A program made the translations under genes and the position numbers. A model generated the notes under the pieces. That model saw nothing but the letters and a program-made list of their open reading frames with translations. It was not told the DNA's origin and did no database searches. Below are positions 56,819 through 64,000 of a DNA stretch of 64,000 bases, piece after piece (position 1 is the first letter of the stretch; every line of letters begins with the position of its first letter). The stretch is taken from UHGV virus genome UHGV-0211740. The stretch is one strand, 5' to 3'. This DNA is from a virus.

Positions 56819-57001
56819 ATGAAAATTACTTTGAAGCCAGAATGCGTTGCAAATGACCGAGCTTTTAAAGATTGCACAGTCGGTGCAATTTATGAAGCAG
56901 AGTTTTGTGAGAACCCTCTGGTAAAAGCCCTTCTGGAAGAAGGGGCCCCTTTATCACAAGAAGAGATTGATGGAAAACTCAGCACAGTGCCTTACCTTTA
57001 A
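56819..57001 (+). CDS. hypothetical small protein
   Basis: AAGGAGA RBS; downstream of promoter. Confidence 0.45.
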   Translation: MKITLKPECVANDRAFKDCTVGAIYEAEFCENPLVKALLEEGAPLSQEEIDGKLSTVPYL

Positions 57002-57071
57002 AGATGATGAAGGAGACTCTGTCTGGTGCACTGTTAATGAAGTAGTTTTTGTAAAACCTGAACATTAATAC

Positions 57072-57100
57072 TTGACAACAGTGATGGGGCCTAATATAAT
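57072..57100 (+). promoter_or_regulatory. consensus sigma70 promoter TTGACA-17-TATAAT
   Basis: Perfect hexamers with 17-nt spacer. Confidence 0.6.
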
Positions 57101-57131
57101 GGCCCTATCAAAACGAAAGGGGACCACAGCA

Positions 57132-57392
57132 ATGACCAAACAATATCAACGAATTAAAGCCAAGGTTAAGCCAGACTATCTGGAGAAGGACTCTGCTTTT
57201 CGGGACTGCACAGCTGACAAAGTTTACACAGGGGCCGTCCTGTTGAACGATGAACTTGAAGTAGGTGTGCTTGGCAAAGAGGCCGTCATCGAGGATGACA
57301 AAGGGGACTGTGTTTTCTGCACCACACGTGAGCTAGAAGTCTTAGAATACTTCGGTGAAATCTTCAACTCCTTAGATGACGAGGCAGAGTGA
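57132..57392 (+). CDS. hypothetical small protein
   Basis: ORF track 57072..57392 begins inside the promoter; ATG 57132 with AAAGGGGA RBS. Confidence 0.5.
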   Translation: MTKQYQRIKAKVKPDYLEKDSAFRDCTADKVYTGAVLLNDELEVGVLGKEAVIEDDKGDCVFCTTRELEVLEYFGEIFNSLDDEAE

Positions 57393-57793
57393 TGAAAAAC
57401 ATTTGGGATATTAATATCTTTGAAGCCTCTGAGCTTGACGGTGCTGATGGGGTTATTATGGTTTCTGATGGAAAGGCCACGCTGACCTCTGGACTGACCT
57501 ATAATGACACTACCTACGTACTGGGAGATCTTGCCTTGTTGAAATCGACAGGTGACTCTCTGGAAGAACGTCTGCAAGGATTTGCCTTTAAAGAAGGCAC
57601 AAACACCACGCTAATGTGCACCACACGCACTGTTCAGTTGGGCAACGGGGTATATATGGTCATTGCAGTGTGTCCTAAATTCAGCAACGTCAACAAAGAT
57701 GATGCTGACGCTGTCAACGATGTGGTTGTTCTCTTCGTGGGTGACGCTATGGCAGATTTGATGAATGCAGGAGAAGCAGCAAATGAAGACTGA
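57389..57793 (+). CDS. hypothetical protein
   Basis: ORF track; 4-nt overlap. Confidence 0.45.
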   Translation: MMKNIWDINIFEASELDGADGVIMVSDGKATLTSGLTYNDTTYVLGDLALLKSTGDSLEERLQGFAFKEGTNTTLMCTTRTVQLGNGVYMVIAVCPKFSNVNKDDADAVNDVVVLFVGDAMADLMNAGEAANED

Positions 57794-58085
57794 AAACATC
57801 ACCCCCGCAGGGTTCTTAAAAGTATACCGTGAACTGCTATATACTACAGAGGACAGTGTTCTAGAGTATCCAGAATATCTTTTGCTGTATAAGTATCTGC
57901 AGGAGGCGGGTGAAAATTTGCCAGTTAGTGCAGAAGGTGGTCCGAACTGGGTATACAGCGCATGGAGAAAGGTTGACATTCTCCCAGACCCAGGTAAAGA
58001 TATGGTAGTTTGGCAGCTAATTAATAACATCGGGGTTCCAATCTTCGATGAGGCTGTTAAGATTTATTTTGAACTTGACGATTGA
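57783..58085 (+). CDS. hypothetical small protein
   Basis: ORF track 57765..58085; ATG 57783 after AGGAG. Confidence 0.45.
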   Translation: MKTENITPAGFLKVYRELLYTTEDSVLEYPEYLLLYKYLQEAGENLPVSAEGGPNWVYSAWRKVDILPDPGKDMVVWQLINNIGVPIFDEAVKIYFELDD

Positions 58086-58102
58086 TATCAGGAGACCTTA
58101 AG

Positions 58103-58348
58103 ATGGCTGAAGTAGTTGCTCGCGCAGGACAGAAAGTACGTTGTGTTGAAGTAGGTTTCGGCGGTAAAGGTTGCCAGAACCTGACACAAGATAAGGAATA
58201 TACTGTTATTGCTGGAGGTGGTGACGAAAGCATTGTGTTTGATGACCACATTCTTGATGCTGAAAACTTTGAAATACTTGACGACGATGGTGATCCAATC
58301 ACCTGCCTGTTGGATGGCTCTTGGGGCACTTTTGAAGTAGTCGGTTAA
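58103..58348 (+). CDS. hypothetical small protein
   Basis: ORF track 58082..58348; ATG 58103 after AGGAGA. Confidence 0.5.
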   Translation: MAEVVARAGQKVRCVEVGFGGKGCQNLTQDKEYTVIAGGGDESIVFDDHILDAENFEILDDDGDPITCLLDGSWGTFEVVG

Positions 58349-58357
58349 TAATAAATG

Positions 58358-58386
58358 TTGTAATTTACAGAAGGGGATGCTAAAAT
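58358..58386 (+). promoter_or_regulatory. sigma70-like promoter TTGTAA-17-TAAAAT
   Basis: Read directly; -10 overlaps the first ATG of ORF 58385. Confidence 0.45.
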
Positions 58387-58429
58387 GGTATCTCCTTTAT
58401 GTTGTTCAAATAAAATCGGAGATTCCACA

Positions 58430-58795
58430 ATGGAACAAATGAACGATCAAGCGTCGGTTGCGATGAACGAGCAAGAACAACCTCAAGAATTTTTCTTAGG
58501 GTTAAGCAAAGATCAAGTGTCTCTTCTGCTGGTGCTTTCCTCTTTCATGGGAAGACTACAGGAGCTCACACAACAACCAGAGGCTGAACAATTATTTCAG
58601 GCTCTGCGTGAAGAAGAAAAATATCGTCGTTTGGACTATGCCTTGGGTTGGGTAGCTCAACAACGGGATATGCTAATGGCCCTCTCTGGGACCACAAGTT
58701 TTGCAATGGGCCTGTTGGCTCAAGTCCAGGACAAATTGATTCAAGCAGGGTTTGCACACACGGCAAACACCAATGAAGAACAAGGAGACAAATAA
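58430..58795 (+). CDS. hypothetical protein
   Basis: ORF track 58385..58795; ATG 58430 with GGAGA RBS lies downstream of the promoter. Confidence 0.45.
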   Translation: MEQMNDQASVAMNEQEQPQEFFLGLSKDQVSLLLVLSSFMGRLQELTQQPEAEQLFQALREEEKYRRLDYALGWVAQQRDMLMALSGTTSFAMGLLAQVQDKLIQAGFAHTANTNEEQGDK

Positions 58796-60021
58796 TGAGC
58801 GTTATTCAGCAATTTGCTAACCCGATGAATCCACGTGAGACTGTTTTACTGGCTCACGGTATGATTAAACGTGTCAGCATCAAGCCTATCAAAGGTGCTG
58901 ATCCCACAACAGGTATTAAAACCACTGTGTGGCAAGGTAAGAAAATTGAATCCAGCCACACCGTCTCTTTACTTATTTCTGAACTGGACTCCTCCGATAA
59001 CCCGCTCCAGGGTGGTGAAGAAATCTGGATCAGCATGGGAGATAAACTGCTTAAACCAGGTCATCAAGACTCTGTTTCTGTCAAAATTGATGATAAGTGG
59101 GAAACCGTAACGCCGGGATGGATCGTAAATATCCCTTTGAAGGCAAACGAGCATAATGGTAAGACCTACTACAAAGGCTCGCTGGCTAAGATGGTTAAAC
59201 TGGGGGCAGGAGAGGCTCCAGCAGCTACTCAGCAGCAAAAACAGCAACAAGGTGCACAATCACAAGGCCAGAAGCAGAAACCTCAGCAGAATGCCAATCA
59301 GGACGTTTTACGCATCTATGGTGATGTAACTCAGATTGTTGGCAACGTGGTTACTGTTAACGACCACAAGATTGGCGAAGGTGCTATGGTTGTCTCTGAT
59401 GAGCAGCTTAAAGACCTGGTGGTGGGTGGTCGTGTTGCAGCTATTGTTGACAAAGACACTGGTAACATTATTAGTGGTTTTAAAGCCTACCCACCTAAAG
59501 CAGAGAGCGGCACCCAAGGCTCTGGTGGCAAGCGTAAATCCTCTTACGATCCTATTGGTGTAGAAACAGGGCATAGTATCAATGCGTTGCAAATCATCTT
59601 GGATCGCGGGTTTAAGGTAGATAGTCCTTTGGATGTGGCTAAAACACTGCACGTGGTCACTATTGAGCTTAAGAAAGAGTATGCTCAAGCCACCAACCGA
59701 ACTGAGGATGAAGTAGGTGCCAGTGTCGGTAATGCTGTGTTGAACGCTTGTCGCCGTATTGACAAGAAAACGAAAGTTGATGATTTTGCAGTGGCAATTA
59801 CTGCAGAAGCAAAAGATGTCTTGACTAATCTGGCTGAGCCGTTGTACGATTGGATCAAGAACGGTGCTGGGTCAACTAGCTATCAAGAACCTCAAGCTAC
59901 CAAACAGGAAGCCGCTCCACAGCAAAACACTGTAGACGCTCCCCCTGTAAGTGATGGGGAAGATGACCCGATGGATCAGAATCCGGCGCAATATGCCTTT
60001 GATGATGACATACCTTTTTAA
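58795..60021 (+). CDS. putative single-stranded DNA-binding protein with SSB-type C-terminal tip (FDDDIPF)
   Basis: C-terminal ...AFDDDIPF; Gln-rich linker; body not recognisable by eye as canonical OB fold. Confidence 0.45.
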   Translation: MSVIQQFANPMNPRETVLLAHGMIKRVSIKPIKGADPTTGIKTTVWQGKKIESSHTVSLLISELDSSDNPLQGGEEIWISMGDKLLKPGHQDSVSVKIDDKWETVTPGWIVNIPLKANEHNGKTYYKGSLAKMVKLGAGEAPAATQQQKQQQGAQSQGQKQKPQQNANQDVLRIYGDVTQIVGNVVTVNDHKIGEGAMVVSDEQLKDLVVGGRVAAIVDKDTGNIISGFKAYPPKAESGTQGSGGKRKSSYDPIGVETGHSINALQIILDRGFKVDSPLDVAKTLHVVTIELKKEYAQATNRTEDEVGASVGNAVLNACRRIDKKTKVDDFAVAITAEAKDVLTNLAEPLYDWIKNGAGSTSYQEPQATKQEAAPQQNTVDAPPVSDGEDDPMDQNPAQYAFDDDIPF

Positions 60022-60036
60022 CATTTAGTTAACATG

Positions 60037-60066
60037 GCCCTGCCTGAAAGGGTGGGGCATTTTTGT
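60037..60066 (+). terminator. rho-independent terminator (GGCCCTGCC-TGAAA-GGGTGGGGC-ATTTTTG)
   Basis: Near-identical to the terminator at 49621. Confidence 0.6.
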
Positions 60067-60083
60067 ATAAGAGGATCTGAAAA

Positions 60084-60500
60084 ATGACATTAGAAGATAT
60101 TATTGTTAAACCTGAGAACTATGACCAATACAACCTATCAACTCAATCTGTAGACCTAGGATGCGCCACAGTCAGTGCATGGCTGGTTAACGGAAAAGAG
60201 CTTGACGCGTGCCTGGAAGCACACATGTCGGTGAATAAATTTCTCGATGAAAATACCCACTGGCTAGAGGGTGCAGGTGTGTACGCTTCGTGGCTGGAGA
60301 GCATGGGATTTGACTACCAATCTGAAGAGGGATGGTGGAGCTATTTAGCTGTCTGTCCAGAGACGCTGCAATGCTTCATGAAATATTCTGAAGATTTGGA
60401 GTATCGCGAGGTGGTTGACGGAGCTATCGCTCGTTATAGTCGTAAACCTTTTTCCCACGACATCAAAACTGTGGAAGAATTTATTGAAGTTTTCTGTTGA
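60084..60500 (+). CDS. hypothetical protein
   Basis: ORF track; AAGAGGA RBS. Confidence 0.5.
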   Translation: MTLEDIIVKPENYDQYNLSTQSVDLGCATVSAWLVNGKELDACLEAHMSVNKFLDENTHWLEGAGVYASWLESMGFDYQSEEGWWSYLAVCPETLQCFMKYSEDLEYREVVDGAIARYSRKPFSHDIKTVEEFIEVFC

Positions 60501-60525
60501 CACAGGCTGAAAGGTGTGCCATTAT
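60497..60525 (+). promoter_or_regulatory. possible promoter TTGACA-17-CATTAT
   Basis: Good -35, weak -10. Confidence 0.3.
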
Positions 60526-60596
60526 GGCTTAATAAAACGGGAGGATGTGATGAACGAAGAAAACTGGGATGTATAACTGACAGGAGACCGCTGCCC

Positions 60597-60794
60597 ATGA
60601 TTTATCGAATCCGTGTAAGAGAAGATGCACCAGGTTGTTACTTTGACTGGCGTGGGTGGTGGTTTCTCCACCCAATGGATGGACTCACAGATAGAATGCT
60701 GGATGCCGCCATTTATACAGATACCGACATAGAGTATAATCTCTATCTGAAGGACGGTATAGATAACGGTCTGTTTGAAGCAATTCCTGTGTAA
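60597..60794 (+). CDS. hypothetical small protein
   Basis: ORF track 60516..60794; ATG 60597 after CAGGAGA. Confidence 0.4.
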   Translation: MIYRIRVREDAPGCYFDWRGWWFLHPMDGLTDRMLDAAIYTDTDIEYNLYLKDGIDNGLFEAIPV

Positions 60795-60861
60795 GAGACT
60801 GTATAACTATGTTTTATGATCTTCCTGTAGCACCACCACCTGTTGAACCCGGAGAACTAAG

Positions 60862-61287
60862 ATGATCTATGAAATGCCAAAACTGATTCGTGACGATGCC
60901 CAAAACGCTCACACCATTATTATGGGCAAACGCATGGATATTATTTGTCATAAAGATTTCTGGGAAGGAAGTTACTTCACAGAGTATTTTGGTAAACTGG
61001 ACAATGGTCTGCTGATCCAGTTCTACACCGATGCGGAAAACAACATTCACTGGGAGTTCGAAACTGAAGATATCCATAAACTTTTCACCTTCCTCGGTAT
61101 TAAGGTTGAGGCCAAGTTTGAAGAAGGTGAGTGCGACGATTGTGGATTCTACGAGGTAACAGATTTCTATCTTCCAAGTGGTAAAAATCTCTACTACGAA
61201 AGCCACTTCGGTAACTCCAATATGCCACAGTGCTGGACTGAGTTTTTGGAAATTGCAGAAGAGGAGTTGTCATACCATGATTATTGA
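60862..61287 (+). CDS. hypothetical protein
   Basis: ORF track; GGAGAA RBS. Confidence 0.5.
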   Translation: MIYEMPKLIRDDAQNAHTIIMGKRMDIICHKDFWEGSYFTEYFGKLDNGLLIQFYTDAENNIHWEFETEDIHKLFTFLGIKVEAKFEEGECDDCGFYEVTDFYLPSGKNLYYESHFGNSNMPQCWTEFLEIAEEELSYHDY

Positions 61288-61735
61288 TACTGTAGAGGGA
61301 GATCTAATCTCCCTTTTCAAGAAAGGGGCAGGACACATGATCCACGGTTGTAACTGCTTTCACACAATGGGGGCAGGTATAGCGAAAGATATTGCCCGTG
61401 AGTTCCCTCAAGCATTGGCAGCCGACAAAGAGACTGCTTATGGCAATCTGGACAAGCTGGGCATGTTTTCTTGTTGGGAGCATTTTGCCAAGAACAGGGT
61501 TGTATATGGAATCAACCTGTATACTCAGTTCTACCCTGGGCCCAATGCTGAATACTTCTCAATCATGAAAGGTTTTGAGCGAGTCAACGAGGTATTCAAA
61601 GGTGTGTCATTGCCGTTCTACATTCCTAAAATCGGATGCGGTATTGGTGGTCTAAAGTGGGAACACGTAGAAGATGTCATTAATCTTGCAACCACGGATA
61701 TTGATGTGGTTGTAGTAGAGTACAAAAAGTGTTGA
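61277..61735 (+). CDS. macrodomain protein, TARG1/DarG-like (putative ADP-ribose glycohydrolase)
   Basis: ORF track 61178..61735; ATG 61277 after GAGGAG; GDLISLF...MIHGCNCFHTMGAGIAKDIAREFP resembles the TARG1/DarG macrodomain signature as recalled. Confidence 0.5.
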   Translation: MIIDTVEGDLISLFKKGAGHMIHGCNCFHTMGAGIAKDIAREFPQALAADKETAYGNLDKLGMFSCWEHFAKNRVVYGINLYTQFYPGPNAEYFSIMKGFERVNEVFKGVSLPFYIPKIGCGIGGLKWEHVEDVINLATTDIDVVVVEYKKC

Positions 61736-61760
61736 CGACCATCTTCTGAGGTGATATAGT
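61732..61760 (+). promoter_or_regulatory. sigma70-like promoter TTGACG-17-TATAGT
   Basis: Read directly; -35 overlaps upstream stop. Confidence 0.5.
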
Positions 61761-61799
61761 CTCCACAACAACTAAGAGAGGAGAGCACTGTGGAGACTA
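61757..61799. promoter_or_regulatory. 11-bp perfect inverted repeat (TAGTCTCCACA ... TGTGGAGACTA, 21-nt spacer), operator-like
   Basis: Left arm overlaps the -10; right arm overlaps the GTG of a small ORF. Confidence 0.45.
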
Positions 61800-61960
61800 A
61801 AATCTTAATTCTTGCTGTGGTAGATACAACCGAAGGAGCTATATTCGAATCTGCAGGAGGGTATTTCTACCTACCATACGGAAAAAGAACTTCCGAGCCA
61901 AGTAAAGATTCAATCCTTGAAGTGTTCCCGTGCGCTTTCTGGCTGGAGATTTTGGTATAA
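61790..61960 (+). CDS. small ORF (56 aa), hypothetical
   Basis: Not in ORF track (below 60 aa); GTG start after AGAGAGGAGAG. Confidence 0.3.
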   Translation: METKILILAVVDTTEGAIFESAGGYFYLPYGKRTSEPSKDSILEVFPCAFWLEILV

Positions 61961-61986
61961 GATTACAGAGGATTTTGGAGAGAATT

Positions 61987-62181
61987 ATGAGAAACAAGAG
62001 AGAGCTTTACTCTGGCGAGTGGATAAACGATCAACAGGTTGGAGAGGTAACCTGCTTCCGGTGTTTTACTCGGTACAATCTTAAAACTGCACCAAAAAGT
62101 GTTCCAAAGACTGACGGTTATTACATAAAAGAACCTCATTGCCCAAAATGTAAATGCCGATTATACTGGAGTAACCTGTAA
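61987..62181 (+). CDS. small zinc-ribbon protein
   Basis: ORF track 61930..62181; ATG 61987 after GGAGAG; CFRCF...CPKCKC. Confidence 0.45.
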   Translation: MRNKRELYSGEWINDQQVGEVTCFRCFTRYNLKTAPKSVPKTDGYYIKEPHCPKCKCRLYWSNL

Positions 62182-62185
62182 AAGA

Positions 62186-62213
62186 TTGACATCTGAAAAC
62201 TGCGGTGTATAAT
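62186..62213 (+). promoter_or_regulatory. consensus sigma70 promoter TTGACA-16-TATAAT
   Basis: Perfect hexamers with 16-nt spacer. Confidence 0.55.
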
Positions 62214-62244
62214 ACAAGCATAGACTGGCAGAGAGGGATATATT

Positions 62245-62436
62245 ATGGTAATTTTTAATCGAGACGGTATCATAGTTAGACAGCACCCATTCCTTGAATA
62301 CTACCAAATTGAGCAATGGTGCTACGGAGATTGCAGTCACTCCTATGGGCAAAGTTGGGGATATCGCACAGTTTTTGAATCAACAGATCTTGATAAAGTA
62401 AGACAGAAAGTTTTAGAACTTCTTAACAACAAGTGA
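62245..62436 (+). CDS. hypothetical small protein
   Basis: AGAGGGA RBS; downstream of promoter. Confidence 0.45.
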   Translation: MVIFNRDGIIVRQHPFLEYYQIEQWCYGDCSHSYGQSWGYRTVFESTDLDKVRQKVLELLNNK

Positions 62437-62446
62437 GTATCGTGCC

Positions 62447-62779
62447 ATGGTAACATTAGAAAGACGTAAAGCTAACGCCGCTACACTGGCAGACATCTTT
62501 TGGGATTGCAATTTAAAAGATACCCGAAATTGTGGCGCATCTGTAGATGTATTATTTCCACGACCTACCATTGTTGCGATGGGTAACCTGCTGGATACAG
62601 TTACAGGTGCATGGGATAAGGAGGGCGGTTTCTATATCTGGCAACCTGTCTACGGAGCCTGGAAAGAGGTAAGGGGTGCTGACGACTTTGGGCCTACAGC
62701 TGCTAAGATGGATGGCTGGAAAATTTATGTTGGAAACGATATGAAGCTGAAAGGCGAGATTGTTTATTGGTTACCTTAA
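62447..62779 (+). CDS. hypothetical protein
   Basis: ORF track; weak RBS. Confidence 0.4.
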   Translation: MVTLERRKANAATLADIFWDCNLKDTRNCGASVDVLFPRPTIVAMGNLLDTVTGAWDKEGGFYIWQPVYGAWKEVRGADDFGPTAAKMDGWKIYVGNDMKLKGEIVYWLP

Positions 62780-62799
62780 TAAAACGCAGGAGATAAAGT

Positions 62800-63045
62800 A
62801 TGAACAAAGAATGGACATTAGTAGACGGCGTTAAAAACATGCCTCTTGGAAAGTATATCGTAGCCATGGCTGATGAAGATGGTGATATCGATTTCGGAGC
62901 TTGTGAAGTTGTTCTTGCAGGTTCAGGTGATCATATGTGTAAAACTGGGATAATTAACGGTCAGTTCTACTTTGATCACAACCCTGTTGTAGCGTATATG
63001 GCTATGCCAGAGTTCAAGCTCCCAAAGGAGTGCGCCAATGTTTAA
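62800..63045 (+). CDS. hypothetical small protein
   Basis: CAGGAGA RBS. Confidence 0.45.
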   Translation: MNKEWTLVDGVKNMPLGKYIVAMADEDGDIDFGACEVVLAGSGDHMCKTGIINGQFYFDHNPVVAYMAMPEFKLPKECANV

Positions 63046-63232
63046 GCTAAAATCCGCATGGAACATTGCTGTAGGAGATGAGATCCGCATCCCAGGCGGG
63101 AAGACCATTATGAAGATATCTCGTATTGAGTACGAAGGTGACCGTGTATTCCACATCTTTGCAGAAGATGGTCGAGAAATTTATATACAGGCAGGATCAC
63201 ACATCTATATTCGTAAAGGGGATGACAAATGA
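63038..63232 (+). CDS. hypothetical small protein
   Basis: GGAG RBS; overlaps upstream gene. Confidence 0.4.
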   Translation: MFKLKSAWNIAVGDEIRIPGGKTIMKISRIEYEGDRVFHIFAEDGREIYIQAGSHIYIRKGDDK

Positions 63233-63558
63233 CAGAGATCATCATTTCAACTGCAGGGTATGTATTCCTGACAATCATTGCGCTGATCATCTTGGTGGTG
63301 GTGTATGGATTTGTTATCCTGCCTATTCTTGAGACATTTAGTTTGTGTCGGTGTTGGAGAAAGGCTTACGGTCCACAGCCGTGGAAAGACTGGCCCCATC
63401 TGTTACGCATAGCGTTCTCTTATGCCTATGATCACTCCAGCAGTGCATGCATAACCGGATACCACGCCCACAATTGGAGCTGGGAAGGGTTGAGGAAGTG
63501 GAATGTTACAAAGACTATACCTCTCCGCATGTATAAACCTAAAAACAAAGATAGCTGA
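63229..63558 (+). CDS. small membrane protein (N-terminal transmembrane helix)
   Basis: AGGGGA RBS; hydrophobic stretch YVFLTIIALIILVVVYGFVILPIL. Confidence 0.45.
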   Translation: MTEIIISTAGYVFLTIIALIILVVVYGFVILPILETFSLCRCWRKAYGPQPWKDWPHLLRIAFSYAYDHSSSACITGYHAHNWSWEGLRKWNVTKTIPLRMYKPKNKDS

Positions 63559-63561
63559 TAC

Positions 63562-63590
63562 TTGAAAATTTCTGACATATCAAGTATAAG
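63562..63590 (+). promoter_or_regulatory. possible promoter TTGAAA-17-TATAAG
   Basis: Read directly at the start of the terminal non-coding region. Confidence 0.3.
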
Positions 63591-63869
63591 GGGGATTTCT
63601 AAAATGGATTTCCCCCTTTTTGATATTTTACCCAGCCAGATATTTTAAAATTCTTAGAAAATCAGAAAATGGATCGAAAACTAAAATGGATTTTTTCAGG
63701 ACGGGCGTGGCAAATTGTGCCAATCTCTCCAGCCATTTGCACCATATCCGAGATCACCATTTCAGATTTCCCACACATACACACCTCTCCCCACTACCTT
63801 TCTCTACCTGCTCTTGGTGCTTTATGACGGAAAGCTCATCACTGTTAGTGAGCTGCGGTACAATCTTTC

Positions 63870-63981
63870 CAGTACTCGATCTACTTTTCATTTCAGGGCT
63901 TGGATTTTCTGAAAATTTTTCTCGATAGATTTCTCAGTACTCGATCTGTTTTTCGTTTTCTGAATTGGATTTTCTGGAAAT
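63870..63981. repeat. two imperfect ~47-bp direct repeats in non-coding DNA
   Basis: CAGTACTCGATCT...GGATTTTCTG(A/G)AAAT at 63870-63916 and 63935-63981. Confidence 0.55.
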
Positions 63982-64000
63982 CCAAGCCCCCCAAACACAC

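Noticed and set aside
57072-57131. ORF-track TTG start at 57072
   Set aside because: This TTG is the first triplet of a perfect TTGACA -35 element; translation more likely starts at ATG 57132 after an RBS.
60541-60577. 8-codon mini-ORF after GGGAGG, upstream of the 60597 gene
   Set aside because: Too short to call and no clear attenuator structure; could be a leader peptide but the evidence is insufficient.
63620-63928. 102-aa plus-strand ORF in the terminal region
   Set aside because: Lies in a repeat-rich, low-complexity stretch with no RBS; treated as non-coding.
1-64000. tRNA, rRNA, CRISPR array, integrase or transposase
   Set aside because: No T-loop-like GGTTCGAATCC motif in intergenic DNA, no regularly spaced short repeats, and no recombinase motifs recognised in any translation. 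Absence by eye is not proof; a tRNA scan would settle it.

Overview
This window reads as a contiguous piece of a tailed dsDNA bacteriophage genome with three transcriptional blocks. (1) 1-31967, plus strand: a late virion/tail module with baseplate-like proteins, at least six tail fibre or tailspike-like proteins, a lambda-J-like host-specificity protein, a tail fibre assembly chaperone and an 1877-aa protein with an Ig-like domain. (2) 32015-38717, minus strand: a block of small genes of mostly unknown function, including a HAD-type phosphatase and a metallopeptidase(HExxH)+vWA protein, driven from a back-to-back divergent promoter region at about 38750-38820. (3) 38860-63558, plus strand: a DNA metabolism module with a MoxR-like AAA+ ATPase, a secreted SleB-type cell-wall hydrolase, a GHKL-type ATPase, a Dda/RecD-like helicase, a C5-cytosine-methyltransferase-like protein, a TOPRIM/DnaB-like primase-helicase, a family A DNA polymerase, a protein ending in the SSB tip motif DDDIPF, and a TARG1/DarG-like macrodomain protein, interspersed with many small ORFs behind sigma70-like promoters. 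The strongest single observation is that the DNA polymerase gene is split inside motif C by a 276-nt element with group I intron features. Other points of interest are a tail fibre gene that needs a -1 frame change to reach its chaperone domain, duplicated tail fibre cassettes, and candidate anti-defence genes (macrodomain, methyltransferase-like, GHKL ATPase, MoxR/vWA). No tRNA, rRNA, CRISPR array, integrase or transposase was recognised. All function calls rest on motifs recognised by eye in the ORF-track translations, not on database searches. Coordinates of CDSs are anchored to the ORF track; non-CDS coordinates are read from the sequence and may be off by 1-2 nt.
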